A program made the position numbers and the translations under genes. Under the pieces are notes generated by a model, which was not told the origin of the DNA, did no database searches, and worked only from the letters and a program-made list of their open reading frames with translations. DNA of 64,000 nt from Chlamydiota bacterium (lineage in GTDB: Bacteria > Chlamydiota > Chlamydiia > Chlamydiales > JAAZZY01): NCBI GenBank assembly GCA_022601335.1, contig JAJACV010000020.1:19274-83273 (forward strand). The letters run 5' to 3'. Positions 19,777 to 29,161 of this stretch are shown here, piece by piece (the first letter of the stretch is position 1; each line of letters begins with the position of its first letter).

Positions 19777-21891
19777 AACGTCAGAAAACCCTTCATCATG
19801 ATACAATTTCATTTCAGGAGGAACACTATCCACAAAATTCTCAAGATATCTAGCTATGGAAGACTCATAAGAAGAATTCGATTTCTCTAAAGGGATAGTA
19901 GAAACTTTTTCTACTAAACTCGGTACATACACTGCAAAAAAATCACTCATTTTCTTTGAGGAATCAGCACCCTCTCTAAGTAGTGAACAAACAAAGGATT
20001 GAATAGCATTTTCAGAGATAGATTTCCCTTGAATCTCATGTCCCTTTATTATTTGATTCATACGTTCAAAATCTAGCTCTGTTTCTAAGTGTTTTTTATT
20101 TAGAGCATATTTTAAAACTCTCAAAGTATCCTCTACTAATAAACCGCGTGAGTAAAGATTCAACAAAAACTCTTTTGCATACACATATTTTTTAGGAGAA
20201 ATATGTGCTAGAAGTGCTTCATACGCTGGGGCGTCATTTCCCACTTCAGAACCTATCCCTGAATCCTCACTTAACCTGGAAGATAAAGTTCTCACTGAGT
20301 TTACATCGCTTATAACAGAGGCACTTTCAAAAACAGAAGCAAGCTCAGAGTCGCTGCTAACAATTGATTGAGTATCTATAAAAGCTGCTCCTAAATCCTC
20401 ACTTAACCTGGAAGATAAAGTTCTCACTGAGCTTATGTCACTTATAACAGAGGCATTTTCGAAAACAGAAGCTAGCTCAGAGTCGCTGCTAACGATTGAT
20501 TGAGTATCTATATCTGAAGATGCTTTGACAAGTCGAGGCCCAGTATAGGAACCTGCTCGAATCCAATGAGGACTAGACGCTCTGTCTATATAGCCTGAAG
20601 TAACATCCATTTCTTCATCAATGCTCTCAAGGCTGTCTTTCTTTTGAGGTTTTGGTGTCTTTTTCAAAGGCTCATTTAAAAAGAAATTTACTCTCTCAAG
20701 CTCTCCATTAATTTCATTTTTTAAATCATTTAGTTGCCCCATAAGCCTTTGTTTTGCATGTGCAAGACTTCTTTTTAGAAGTACAAAATTCTTTTGTCGC
20801 TCATGAGCGATCTCAGTTGGATTTTTTTTCGTAGATTGCGCATAAGATGAATAAGCTTCTTTTGAAAAACTTTGAATCTCTTCTTTTACTTTGCTTTTAG
20901 TTTTTTTAAATTTGCTGTGTAAGGAATACCCACTTTCAATTGTATCAATGATAAACTCATCATGCTTTGCTACTTTTTCAGCCGTTTTATAAAACGAGGT
21001 TTTAACAAAGCTATATACCCCTCGCCTAAAGCTTGAAAAAAGCCTTGATAAAAGACTTTTATTTTTAGCTGATTTTTTTGAAAGTTTTTGAATTTCACGC
21101 CCTACCAAGGCTGGATTCTTAATAACAAATTCTGCTGTTTTAGAAGCTGCTTTTTTACAGATCGCTTTTTTAGCCTCAGATTTCATAATTTTAAACTCTG
21201 AGGGAAGTTCGCTGAAGTCGTGAAGTAGATCGATAGCACCAGCAGACAGTTTTCTCACATGAGTTTTGATAGGCTTCATTCGTTCACTCTTCTTTAAGTT
21301 TGCAAGTGCACGTTGAAAGTCATTTTCAGCTTCCTGAGTTTTTTCAAGGGCTTCATTATATTCATCAAGAGCCATAAGCACTTTAGGATCGCTAATTAAG
21401 TGTGAATGCAAGCGCTCTAAGCTTTTTAAACTTAGAGGATCGAAATGAAAATCATTAAAATCACTTTCTAATCGAACAAATCTCGATTGTATTTGATTTA
21501 ACTCTTTTTTGCGCTGAATCAAAAGATTAGGATCTTTTTGGAAAACACTCACCAAACTAATTAGATTTGAGCCAATTTCCTGAGGTTTCGTTTGATTCTT
21601 TGTATTAATATTTAATATCTTAGAAAAAACAGAGGTTTTATAGACTGTTTTTTCGTTCAGATTTGAATAAGGATTCACCCTATTACAGAATTTTTGAAAA
21701 CTCTTTTTATGCAAGCTATAGGCCTTATTGCCTATTTGAACATTAACAGATCTGCCTATACAGCGATGAAAGAGGTTCGCTATACGAATCCCTCTTTTAT
21801 CAGAGCCTTCTTTATCTATAGATTTGTGCTGATTTTTACACATATCATAGAAATGAAGTCTATTTGATTGTTTCTGTACGTAAACAGGCAT
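19765..21891 (-). CDS. Orphan 708-aa protein with basic/coiled-coil N-half and Ser-rich tandem repeat; candidate effector
   Basis: Long ORF with AAGGAGA RBS and perfect promoter; internal 44-aa duplication. Confidence 0.75.
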   Translation of the reverse strand: MPVYVQKQSNRLHFYDMCKNQHKSIDKEGSDKRGIRIANLFHRCIGRSVNVQIGNKAYSLHKKSFQKFCNRVNPYSNLNEKTVYKTSVFSKILNINTKNQTKPQEIGSNLISLVSVFQKDPNLLIQRKKELNQIQSRFVRLESDFNDFHFDPLSLKSLERLHSHLISDPKVLMALDEYNEALEKTQEAENDFQRALANLKKSERMKPIKTHVRKLSAGAIDLLHDFSELPSEFKIMKSEAKKAICKKAASKTAEFVIKNPALVGREIQKLSKKSAKNKSLLSRLFSSFRRGVYSFVKTSFYKTAEKVAKHDEFIIDTIESGYSLHSKFKKTKSKVKEEIQSFSKEAYSSYAQSTKKNPTEIAHERQKNFVLLKRSLAHAKQRLMGQLNDLKNEINGELERVNFFLNEPLKKTPKPQKKDSLESIDEEMDVTSGYIDRASSPHWIRAGSYTGPRLVKASSDIDTQSIVSSDSELASVFENASVISDISSVRTLSSRLSEDLGAAFIDTQSIVSSDSELASVFESASVISDVNSVRTLSSRLSEDSGIGSEVGNDAPAYEALLAHISPKKYVYAKEFLLNLYSRGLLVEDTLRVLKYALNKKHLETELDFERMNQIIKGHEIQGKSISENAIQSFVCSLLREGADSSKKMSDFFAVYVPSLVEKVSTIPLEKSNSSYESSIARYLENFVDSVPPEMKLYHDEGFSDVLVN
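20262..20512. repeat. Intragenic tandem duplication, 132-bp period (two ~119-bp copies)
   Basis: 20262-20380 vs 20394-20512; encodes IDTQSIVSSDSELASVFE[NS]ASVISD[IV][SN]SVRTLSSRLSED twice. Confidence 0.97.
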
Positions 21892-21913
21892 GAATTAATC
21901 TCCTTGTCTAATA

Positions 21914-21942
21914 ATTATATCACAAAAATATTAAATTGTCAA
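21914..21942 (-). promoter_or_regulatory. Perfect consensus sigma70/sigma66 promoter of the 708-aa gene
   Basis: Minus strand TTGACA-N17-TATAAT, 22 nt above the ATG. Confidence 0.85.
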
Positions 21943-22296
21943 TACTTAAAAAATATTCAACCCTCTTAATTTCAGAACTTTATTGTTTTTATTTTTCAAT
22001 CCTCCTTACAATAAGCATTTTAGCCCCCTTTATACGAAATCCACGAACCACCCCATTTTTAGATATTCAAAGCAGATTCTATTCCACCTATGTAAAAATG
22101 TAATTTAACACACTTTTAGAGCTTCTTCAGTTATTTAAAAAAAGGAGCAAGCAAATTCAATCGTGTACATCTTGTATGGATTCTCATAGAAATATTTAAA
22201 TTACACCACATAGTAAAGTATGTTTATTGATTGAAAAAGAATTCAGAAATAGGCTAATATCCCGCAAATTAACTTTCTTTCAACAGGACATCACAC

Positions 22297-24213
22297 GTGA
22301 GAAGATCTATTTGTTTTTGCGAGCCCTCCTTAGCCCTAGCGGGTCAAGAAGGCACTTGGAAATTTATTTACACAACCTCCCAAACTTTAGAAAAGGGAGC
22401 CTGTTTAAAATTTGATCTCCTTTCAAAAGGAAGAGAGATTGATTGGGAGCTTCCAACTCACGACCCTAAATCCAAATCAAACCTTATTTATTCAGTTATT
22501 AACGAAAAAACAATTGTTTATGCAAAGCCCGTAGAAGTTCCTCACCAATACGCGCCCCAGTATGCTTTTACGCTCCCCGAAAAAATTAAAGCTGGATCGA
22601 CCTTCACCATTATCCTAGGCCCTTCTCCTAAACTTACAGCAAAACAACAGAAAACAGCGAAAGGAAGCACAAGTCAAAATCTAACGCAAAGAAGGCGCCA
22701 TTTTCTGATTTACGTAGACCCGAAAGGGACGGGTGATTTTCAAGACCCTGAAATATTTACAATGGACGTGCGAGGAAATGAACTTCACTATATCCGCATC
22801 ATTACCCCCTCGTTTGTCACAAGAAATAAACGCTTTGATATTGTCATTCGATTTGAAGATATTTTTGGAAATTTAACCAATAATGCGCCGGAAGATACTC
22901 TTGTAGAACTCTCTTATGAGCAACTTAGGGAAAACTTAAATTGGAAGCTCTTTATTCCAGAAACGGGCTTTGTGACTCTCCCCAATTTTTATTTTAATGA
23001 AGTGGGCACCTACCGTATTCAGCTTAAAAATTTAAAAACAAATCATATTTACTATTCTTCGCCCATTAAAAGTTTTGTTGGAGAAGAAAAAACACTTCTT
23101 TGGGGCATGCTGCATGGTGAATCTGAGCGTATGGACTCTCTAGATAATGTTGAAAATTGTCTTAGGCATATGAGAGATGAACAAGCTCTTAATTTCTTTG
23201 CATCTTCCTCTTTTGATGCTATTGAAGAGACTCCTGATGAAGGGTGGAAAGCTATTTCACAAAACATCGCTGAATTTAATGAATCAGATCGATTTACCAC
23301 TTACTTGGGCTTTCAGTGGGTTGGAGAGCCTCAAAAAGAAGGTATGCGTCAATTTTTATACCTGAAAGATCAAAAATCTATTCTAAGATATAAAGACTCC
23401 AAATCAAACTCACTTAAAAAAGTTTATAAAGGCGCATCCCCTAAAGATTTTTTATCCATCCCTTCTTTTACGATGGGAAAAGGATGTGAATTTGATTTCA
23501 ATGATTTTAACCCTGAGTTTGAGAGACTCGTAGAAATTTATAATGCTTGGGGCTCATCCGAATGTTGTGCCAAAGAAAAAAATAAATTCCCTATTAAGTG
23601 GGGCGGCAAAGGAGGGATGAAAGAATCTCCTAAAGGCTCTGTCATAGCAGCTCTCAAAAGAAATTGTCGCTTTGGCTTCGTAGCAGGAGGTCTCGATGAT
23701 CGAGGGGTTTACACAGACTTTTTTGAGTCAGGTCAAGAACAATACACTCCAGGACTTACAGCTATTTTATCCGATGAACAAAGTAGAGAATCTGTTTTCC
23801 AAGCTCTCTACAACCGATCTTGTTACGCAACATCTGGAGCTCGTATACTGCTTGGATTCAATATTTCAGGCTACCGTATGGGAAGCGAAATCTCTACAGG
23901 CGAAAAGCCAGGCCTCGCAATAAACCGCCATATCCATGGATTTGTTGCAGGTACCAATCCTATAGAAAAAATTGAAATCGTAAGAAATGGAGACGTTATA
24001 CACACGCTTACTCCCAACGAGAAAAATTATGATTTCACCTACGATGATTTAGTTGACCTCAGAGAGATCATCCTCAAATCCAAAGAGGCACCTCCTTTTG
24101 TCTTTTACTACATTCGCGTCATTCAAAGTGATGGTCATGTGGCATGGAGCTCTCCTATTTGGATAGACTATATAGAGAAGGAAAAGGGCGCTAAGAAAAG
24201 CGGAAAAAAATAA
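22297..24213 (+). CDS. DUF3604-family (PHP-like) conserved chlamydial protein
   Basis: MRRSIC start, WGMLHGESE, VEIYNAWGSSE, YATSGARI, YYIRVIQSDGHVAWSSPIW. Confidence 0.85.
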   Translation: MRRSICFCEPSLALAGQEGTWKFIYTTSQTLEKGACLKFDLLSKGREIDWELPTHDPKSKSNLIYSVINEKTIVYAKPVEVPHQYAPQYAFTLPEKIKAGSTFTIILGPSPKLTAKQQKTAKGSTSQNLTQRRRHFLIYVDPKGTGDFQDPEIFTMDVRGNELHYIRIITPSFVTRNKRFDIVIRFEDIFGNLTNNAPEDTLVELSYEQLRENLNWKLFIPETGFVTLPNFYFNEVGTYRIQLKNLKTNHIYYSSPIKSFVGEEKTLLWGMLHGESERMDSLDNVENCLRHMRDEQALNFFASSSFDAIEETPDEGWKAISQNIAEFNESDRFTTYLGFQWVGEPQKEGMRQFLYLKDQKSILRYKDSKSNSLKKVYKGASPKDFLSIPSFTMGKGCEFDFNDFNPEFERLVEIYNAWGSSECCAKEKNKFPIKWGGKGGMKESPKGSVIAALKRNCRFGFVAGGLDDRGVYTDFFESGQEQYTPGLTAILSDEQSRESVFQALYNRSCYATSGARILLGFNISGYRMGSEISTGEKPGLAINRHIHGFVAGTNPIEKIEIVRNGDVIHTLTPNEKNYDFTYDDLVDLREIILKSKEAPPFVFYYIRVIQSDGHVAWSSPIWIDYIEKEKGAKKSGKK

Positions 24214-24291
24214 AGCCTGTTTATTTTAAATCATACTCTTGACAATATAACATAGCTCAAGCTAAACCTGCGTTACAGGGGAGCTAACAGT

Positions 24292-24423
24292 ATGTCAACA
24301 GGATCTTGGTCACTAATAGCAGCAGGAGCGCTTACGCTACTTGCCATAATAGGATTTGCAATTGGTTCGCTTCTAAGCCGCCCTTCGAAAGAAAGTAATT
24401 CTCAAGAAGATCGCGAGAATTAA
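24292..24423 (+). CDS. Small 43-aa single-pass membrane protein (below ORF-track cutoff)
   Basis: MSTGSWSLIAAGALTLLAIIGFAIGSLLSRPSKESNSQEDREN; GGGGAG RBS; TTGACA at 24239-24244; fills the gap exactly up to the pgi stop. Confidence 0.7.
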   Translation: MSTGSWSLIAAGALTLLAIIGFAIGSLLSRPSKESNSQEDREN

Positions 24424-24425
24424 CT

Positions 24426-26024
24426 CTACTTTAAAGACTCTAAGTGTTTTAAGTAGGCATCTCCGACTGGAACATCTTTGTAATCCTTAGACTCTTTACC
24501 TCTCTTTTTTGCAAAAAGGTCAATCATTTGATTGGCTAATACCTTCCCCAACTGAACCCCCTCTTGATCAAAAGAGTTGATATTCCAAATAAACCCTTGA
24601 AAAGCAACTTTATGCTCATAATAGGCTAGAAGTGCTCCGAGTGTAAATGGATCTAACTTCTTGCCTAATAAAACCCTAGAGGGTCTATTCCCTGGAAAGT
24701 TCTTGTTAGGATTATCGTTTTTATGGCCATTTGCTAAAGCCATGGATTGAGCAAACATGTTTGATAGTAATTTTTCATGTGAAAGAGTCCCTTGCACTTC
24801 AAGATCATCTCCGTACTGAGATTCTTTAAAGCTAATAAACTCAATGGGAACTGGAGTCGTTCCTTGATGCAGCATTTGAAAAAATGAATGCTGAGCATTT
24901 GTTCCTGGCTCACCCCAGATAATAGGTCCTGTATCAAAATCAACGGCATTCCCTTTTTTATCGATTCTTTTCCCATTAGATTCCATATCGAGTTGTTGCA
25001 AATGAGCTGCGAAGCGGCCGAGTGCTTGACTATAAGGAATAATAGCGACCGTGTGGTGATTGAGAAAAGTTCGATTCCAAATGCCGAGCAAAGCAGACAT
25101 CAGGGGGAGGTTTTTTTTAGGATCACGCGTATTTAATGCGTGTTTATCCATATAATTTGCTCCTCGAAGAATTTCTTTGTATTGATCATATCCGAGACAA
25201 AAGGCGAGAGGAATACCTCCGACCATGGATGTAACAGAATAGCGCCCTCCAATGAAGTCCCACATATAAAAACGCTCTAAATAGCGTTCAGGATCATCAA
25301 GAGGACTTCCTTTCCCAGTTACAACGATAAAGTGCCCTTTAGGATCTAGTCCTTTTTTTTCAAAGTGATGCCGCATTAAAGCTTCATTAGTCAAAGTTTC
25401 TAAGGTTCCTCCTGACTTGGAAATAGAAGCTACGAGGGTTTTACTTAGATCGATACTCTGAGCCACTGAAGCGGCGTTATCAGGGTCTACATTTGAAACA
25501 AAATGTAGAGTTCTATTTGGCTTGTTCAAGTGCTGCATAGCGACCGTTAGCGCTTTCGCTCCAAGCTCAGAGCCTCCGATACCGACTACAACGAGATGGA
25601 TAAATTTTTCATGCTCTTCATTATCTTTAATAAAAGCTTCTAATTTTTGGTTTTCGACTAGAGCCTCTTTAGTTGCAGCCTTTGCTTTTTCACTTTGATT
25701 TTGATCTTCGAAAAAATCTCTCATCGCTGTATGTAAAACAGATCGATTTTCAGACTCAAAACCTTCAATAAAGTTTAAAACTTCTCCGGACTGCATCGCT
25801 TGCATTTTATCAAAGACATTTGCCTCTTCACTTAATTTAATCAAGTGATCGAGAACGTTATCGTCTACTTGCTCTGTGGCGAATAAAAGACGAAAGTGTT
25901 CATTATCTACAAAAAATTGATTGACTCTATCTGGGTTAAAAGATTGAGGGTTCGTAAGGTCAAAGGGCTTTTGAGCTAATTTTCTCAGTTCATTTACAGA
26001 GGCATATTGATTAAAAATTGTCAT
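24426..26024 (-). CDS. pgi: Glucose-6-phosphate isomerase
   Basis: GIGGSELG, SKSGGTLET, GGRYS, QQLDMESNGK, FDQEGVQLGK; ATG 26024 or GTG 26036. Confidence 0.98.
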   Translation of the reverse strand: MTIFNQYASVNELRKLAQKPFDLTNPQSFNPDRVNQFFVDNEHFRLLFATEQVDDNVLDHLIKLSEEANVFDKMQAMQSGEVLNFIEGFESENRSVLHTAMRDFFEDQNQSEKAKAATKEALVENQKLEAFIKDNEEHEKFIHLVVVGIGGSELGAKALTVAMQHLNKPNRTLHFVSNVDPDNAASVAQSIDLSKTLVASISKSGGTLETLTNEALMRHHFEKKGLDPKGHFIVVTGKGSPLDDPERYLERFYMWDFIGGRYSVTSMVGGIPLAFCLGYDQYKEILRGANYMDKHALNTRDPKKNLPLMSALLGIWNRTFLNHHTVAIIPYSQALGRFAAHLQQLDMESNGKRIDKKGNAVDFDTGPIIWGEPGTNAQHSFFQMLHQGTTPVPIEFISFKESQYGDDLEVQGTLSHEKLLSNMFAQSMALANGHKNDNPNKNFPGNRPSRVLLGKKLDPFTLGALLAYYEHKVAFQGFIWNINSFDQEGVQLGKVLANQMIDLFAKKRGKESKDYKDVPVGDAYLKHLESLK

Positions 26025-27117
26025 TAAACTTTCCACTTTTTTTATATTCTTTAAAAGCTATTTCTTGAGTTATTCCTACAGGATCTTTCAAATAAACGAT
26101 TTCACCTCCAGCTGCACAAAAACCTTCAAGCTTTCTTTTAGTCCATTCATCTACTTCAAGAATAAATAAAACATCTAAGCCTTCCCAATTGACAGCTAAA
26201 TGTCTCTCAGATAGATACCGTACGGAATCTTTAGATTCAATAAGGTCAAAAATAGTCTCATAAAAGGCTATTTCTTTAGGATCACAAATTCTTTTCGAAG
26301 GAACTACAATTCCTAATGCGGGTGATGCAGCGGGTCTTTGATAAGGCAGAAAAGTATCACTAATAAATCCATTTGGATATCCCCCACAACCCCAACTTAA
26401 TGCATGAGGAATGCAAATAGGTGATTTTTTAACTCCGATTTGAATAAAGTCAAATCCTTCATGGTCTAAGAGTTGGTAGATATGCAATCTAGATTTAATG
26501 TGTCCTGCATTAAATAAAACATATGGCAGAAGTACAGATGGAAATTGTGAAACAAGGACTTCAAAATAGTCTACAGCTTGTTCCATGCAAAAAAAACGTA
26601 GAAGATTTTGTCCGTACTCTGAATGGATCAAGTTATCAGGGACAACGTTCGATAAACTTTTGCAAGGCAGACCGCTGAGATTATGAAACGCTTGTGCATC
26701 AGAGAACCACTCCAAAAATTTATTTCTTAACATCAGCGTTTGCTCACTATCCCAAATCCATTTAGTCATTAAATCCAACGAGCCTTTAAAAATGAGACAC
26801 CCAATAGTGTGATCTTCAAATTCAGACCATAACGTTTCAAAAAAGTGGTCTAGAGCAAGATGCAGAGATTTATATTGCGTCGTATCGGATAAGGGCAGAG
26901 GCAGGTCTCCAAAAAGCCCTAAATCTAAATCCCAAAGAATATTAAGCCCTTTATCAACTACTTTTTGAGCTTCTTTCTTTTGAGCTGTCCAATCGAGCGG
27001 AGAATCTAATTTAGCAGACAACGTAATTTTGACAGTATTAAAAGCATCTTGAGGCATATCAGAAAAATGCCCGTCAAAAACTTGGGGGATAGCCGTCTTT
27101 TTTGTTTCCTGTTCCAT
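26011..27117 (-). CDS. Hypothetical protein; C-terminus resembles a class I glutamine-amidotransferase-like fold
   Basis: 368-aa ORF between trmB and pgi; LDVLFI...LEGFCAAGGEIV. Confidence 0.7.
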   Translation of the reverse strand: MEQETKKTAIPQVFDGHFSDMPQDAFNTVKITLSAKLDSPLDWTAQKKEAQKVVDKGLNILWDLDLGLFGDLPLPLSDTTQYKSLHLALDHFFETLWSEFEDHTIGCLIFKGSLDLMTKWIWDSEQTLMLRNKFLEWFSDAQAFHNLSGLPCKSLSNVVPDNLIHSEYGQNLLRFFCMEQAVDYFEVLVSQFPSVLLPYVLFNAGHIKSRLHIYQLLDHEGFDFIQIGVKKSPICIPHALSWGCGGYPNGFISDTFLPYQRPAASPALGIVVPSKRICDPKEIAFYETIFDLIESKDSVRYLSERHLAVNWEGLDVLFILEVDEWTKRKLEGFCAAGGEIVYLKDPVGITQEIAFKEYKKSGKFNDNF

Positions 27118-27150
27118 ATAATTCTAGAATAATTTGAAATTAAGTCTATA

Positions 27151-27831
27151 TTAACTATGTACACACATTTGGAATTTAGAAAAATAAAAAGAACGTTTTT
27201 TTTCCTTCCATAGGTTCATAAAATAGGATCCACCGTAATCAGAGACATCTGAAGTAAAGTATGGATTTGGGAAAAGTGAGCTAAAAGAAGAGTGGTCTAA
27301 AAAGTGGCGGGAAATTTGTTGAAAATAGTTTTCATCATCAGTGACTACATGAGCCACTCCACCGGGTTTAAGTACACGAGAGAGTTCATTTAAGAAAGGA
27401 GCTTGTATCAAGCGATGTTTTGCATGCCTTTTTTTAGGCCAAGGATCTGGAAAATTTATGGATATTTGATCTATGGTCTGTGTATCCACATAATGCGTAG
27501 CAATATCTAAGGCCTCTCCACAGCAAATAAGAAGATTATTTAGTCCCCTATTTTTCATTTTTGACCAAATTTTTCTAACTCGGTCAAAACGCATTTCAAG
27601 GGCAATCCAATTCCATTGGGGATACAGCTCTGCTTTTTGACAAATCCAATCTCCGTTTCCACTACAAAACTCTAAATGAATAGGATTGGGGGTGGAAAAT
27701 AAATTTTGCAATGGGTTCTCTAAAAGGACCCTTTCGGTTCTTTGAGGAATATAAAGAATGTTTTGACTCTTATCGAAAAAAACTTTTTGTTTTTTGTCTT
27801 TAAAAGGTGAAAGTAAATCTTTTGGTGTCAT
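27151..27831 (-). CDS. trmB: tRNA (guanine-N7)-methyltransferase
   Basis: LEFCSGNG, NFPDPWPKKRHAKHRL, VTDDENY. Confidence 0.95.
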   Translation of the reverse strand: MTPKDLLSPFKDKKQKVFFDKSQNILYIPQRTERVLLENPLQNLFSTPNPIHLEFCSGNGDWICQKAELYPQWNWIALEMRFDRVRKIWSKMKNRGLNNLLICCGEALDIATHYVDTQTIDQISINFPDPWPKKRHAKHRLIQAPFLNELSRVLKPGGVAHVVTDDENYFQQISRHFLDHSSFSSLFPNPYFTSDVSDYGGSYFMNLWKEKKRSFYFSKFQMCVHS

Positions 27832-27908
27832 AAAATGGGACTCTGTATTAATCTGGCGAGCCAGTATACATTAATTCTCTCATTTTTTCAAATGAACACG
27901 GATGAGAC

Positions 27909-29081
27909 ATGCTTTCACCCAAAATTTTTCATCTATGCCAAAATCGCCTTGGGTTAACAGAAACCTATCAAGAATTTAATAGAGAACCGCTTCTTTGCGT
28001 TTTGTGCGATGCTCTTCACTTGTCAAAACCGGAAGAAAATGCCTCTATTTCTAAAGATTTCGAAAAAATCATCAAAAAACATTTACTTATACAAAGACAC
28101 AACTTCACAGAGAAGTCTCTAAAAAAAACATTAGATCATGCTCAGAAACATTTGAACACGAAATATGCCCAAGAGGCTCATCTGCTTAAAGTTTCGGTTC
28201 TTATTTTAATTGAAGCGCCAAACTCCGAAGAGGAAGACGAAAAAAAATTTTATATCTGTGGCGTCGGTGACTTTAAAGTTTTAGAAATAAACAATCCCTC
28301 TAGTGTTCTTTTTTATGACTCTGAAACCCCCTCTCTTCCCTTAGAATTATCATTAAAAAAAAGATTCCATTATCTTACTAATGTGATTGGGCAGTCTACA
28401 ATGAAAGCTTCTACACATAAGTTTTCTTCTAAACAAATCCCTGATTTTTTGATTTTAAGTTACGGCAGCTATAGTTCAATTGGAGAAGACAAATGGGAAC
28501 AAATAGTCTCAGAATTTGAGACTAAAAAAAACAATCTTATTCGCCTAGTATCTAAATCAAATGAAAAAGAACACTCCAATTTATTGGTGTATATTTCTCT
28601 ACAAGACCATGAAATTAAAAACAAGAAATCAGCTATTGAAACTAAACTCAATAAACCGCCCTCAACCTCTTATTTCAACTTTAAAAAAGCGTTCTATTCG
28701 CTGAAGTGGACTTTGAAAGTTTTAGTAGTCTTAATACTAGGCATTTGTATTTTTGAGTTAACTCAAAAGACTTCTATGTTGTCCTCTTTTAACAATTCTA
28801 CTTATGACAGCGTTAAAAGTTCTGTTCGAGAACCTCAGAAGAGTTTAAATTTAACTTCATTTAATTCCCCATCAAAGTTTTCGTTTATTAAGGAAAGAGC
28901 TTACATTGTGGATTTGAAAGAAAAATACGATCGACAAACACTGACTATTGAAAAGTTGAATATGCGCATACGGGATCAAGAGAAACTCCTTCGTGATCAA
29001 CAAATTAAAACGTACCTCCCTATTCCTGTAGTAGAAATACCCAAACAAAAGCAACTTGGGGAGAGGTCTACTTCTTACTAA
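27909..29081 (+). CDS. Membrane-anchored protein with degenerate PP2C-like domain and C-terminal coiled coil
   Basis: YICGVGD, HYLTNVIG and LILSYG in PP2C order; TM segment VLVVLILGICIF; heptads near the C-terminus. Confidence 0.6.
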   Translation: MLSPKIFHLCQNRLGLTETYQEFNREPLLCVLCDALHLSKPEENASISKDFEKIIKKHLLIQRHNFTEKSLKKTLDHAQKHLNTKYAQEAHLLKVSVLILIEAPNSEEEDEKKFYICGVGDFKVLEINNPSSVLFYDSETPSLPLELSLKKRFHYLTNVIGQSTMKASTHKFSSKQIPDFLILSYGSYSSIGEDKWEQIVSEFETKKNNLIRLVSKSNEKEHSNLLVYISLQDHEIKNKKSAIETKLNKPPSTSYFNFKKAFYSLKWTLKVLVVLILGICIFELTQKTSMLSSFNNSTYDSVKSSVREPQKSLNLTSFNSPSKFSFIKERAYIVDLKEKYDRQTLTIEKLNMRIRDQEKLLRDQQIKTYLPIPVVEIPKQKQLGERSTSY

Positions 29082-29161
29082 AAATAAGTTTCCTCTTAAC
29101 ACTTGCAATATTATTCTCAAGCTGATTATCTTCTCCATTTTCTAGAGACTCTGAGGCGGCA

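Noticed and set aside
20262-20512. Repeat as a CRISPR array or mobile-element end
   Set aside because: Only two long in-frame copies inside a CDS, with no spacers and no cas or transposase genes
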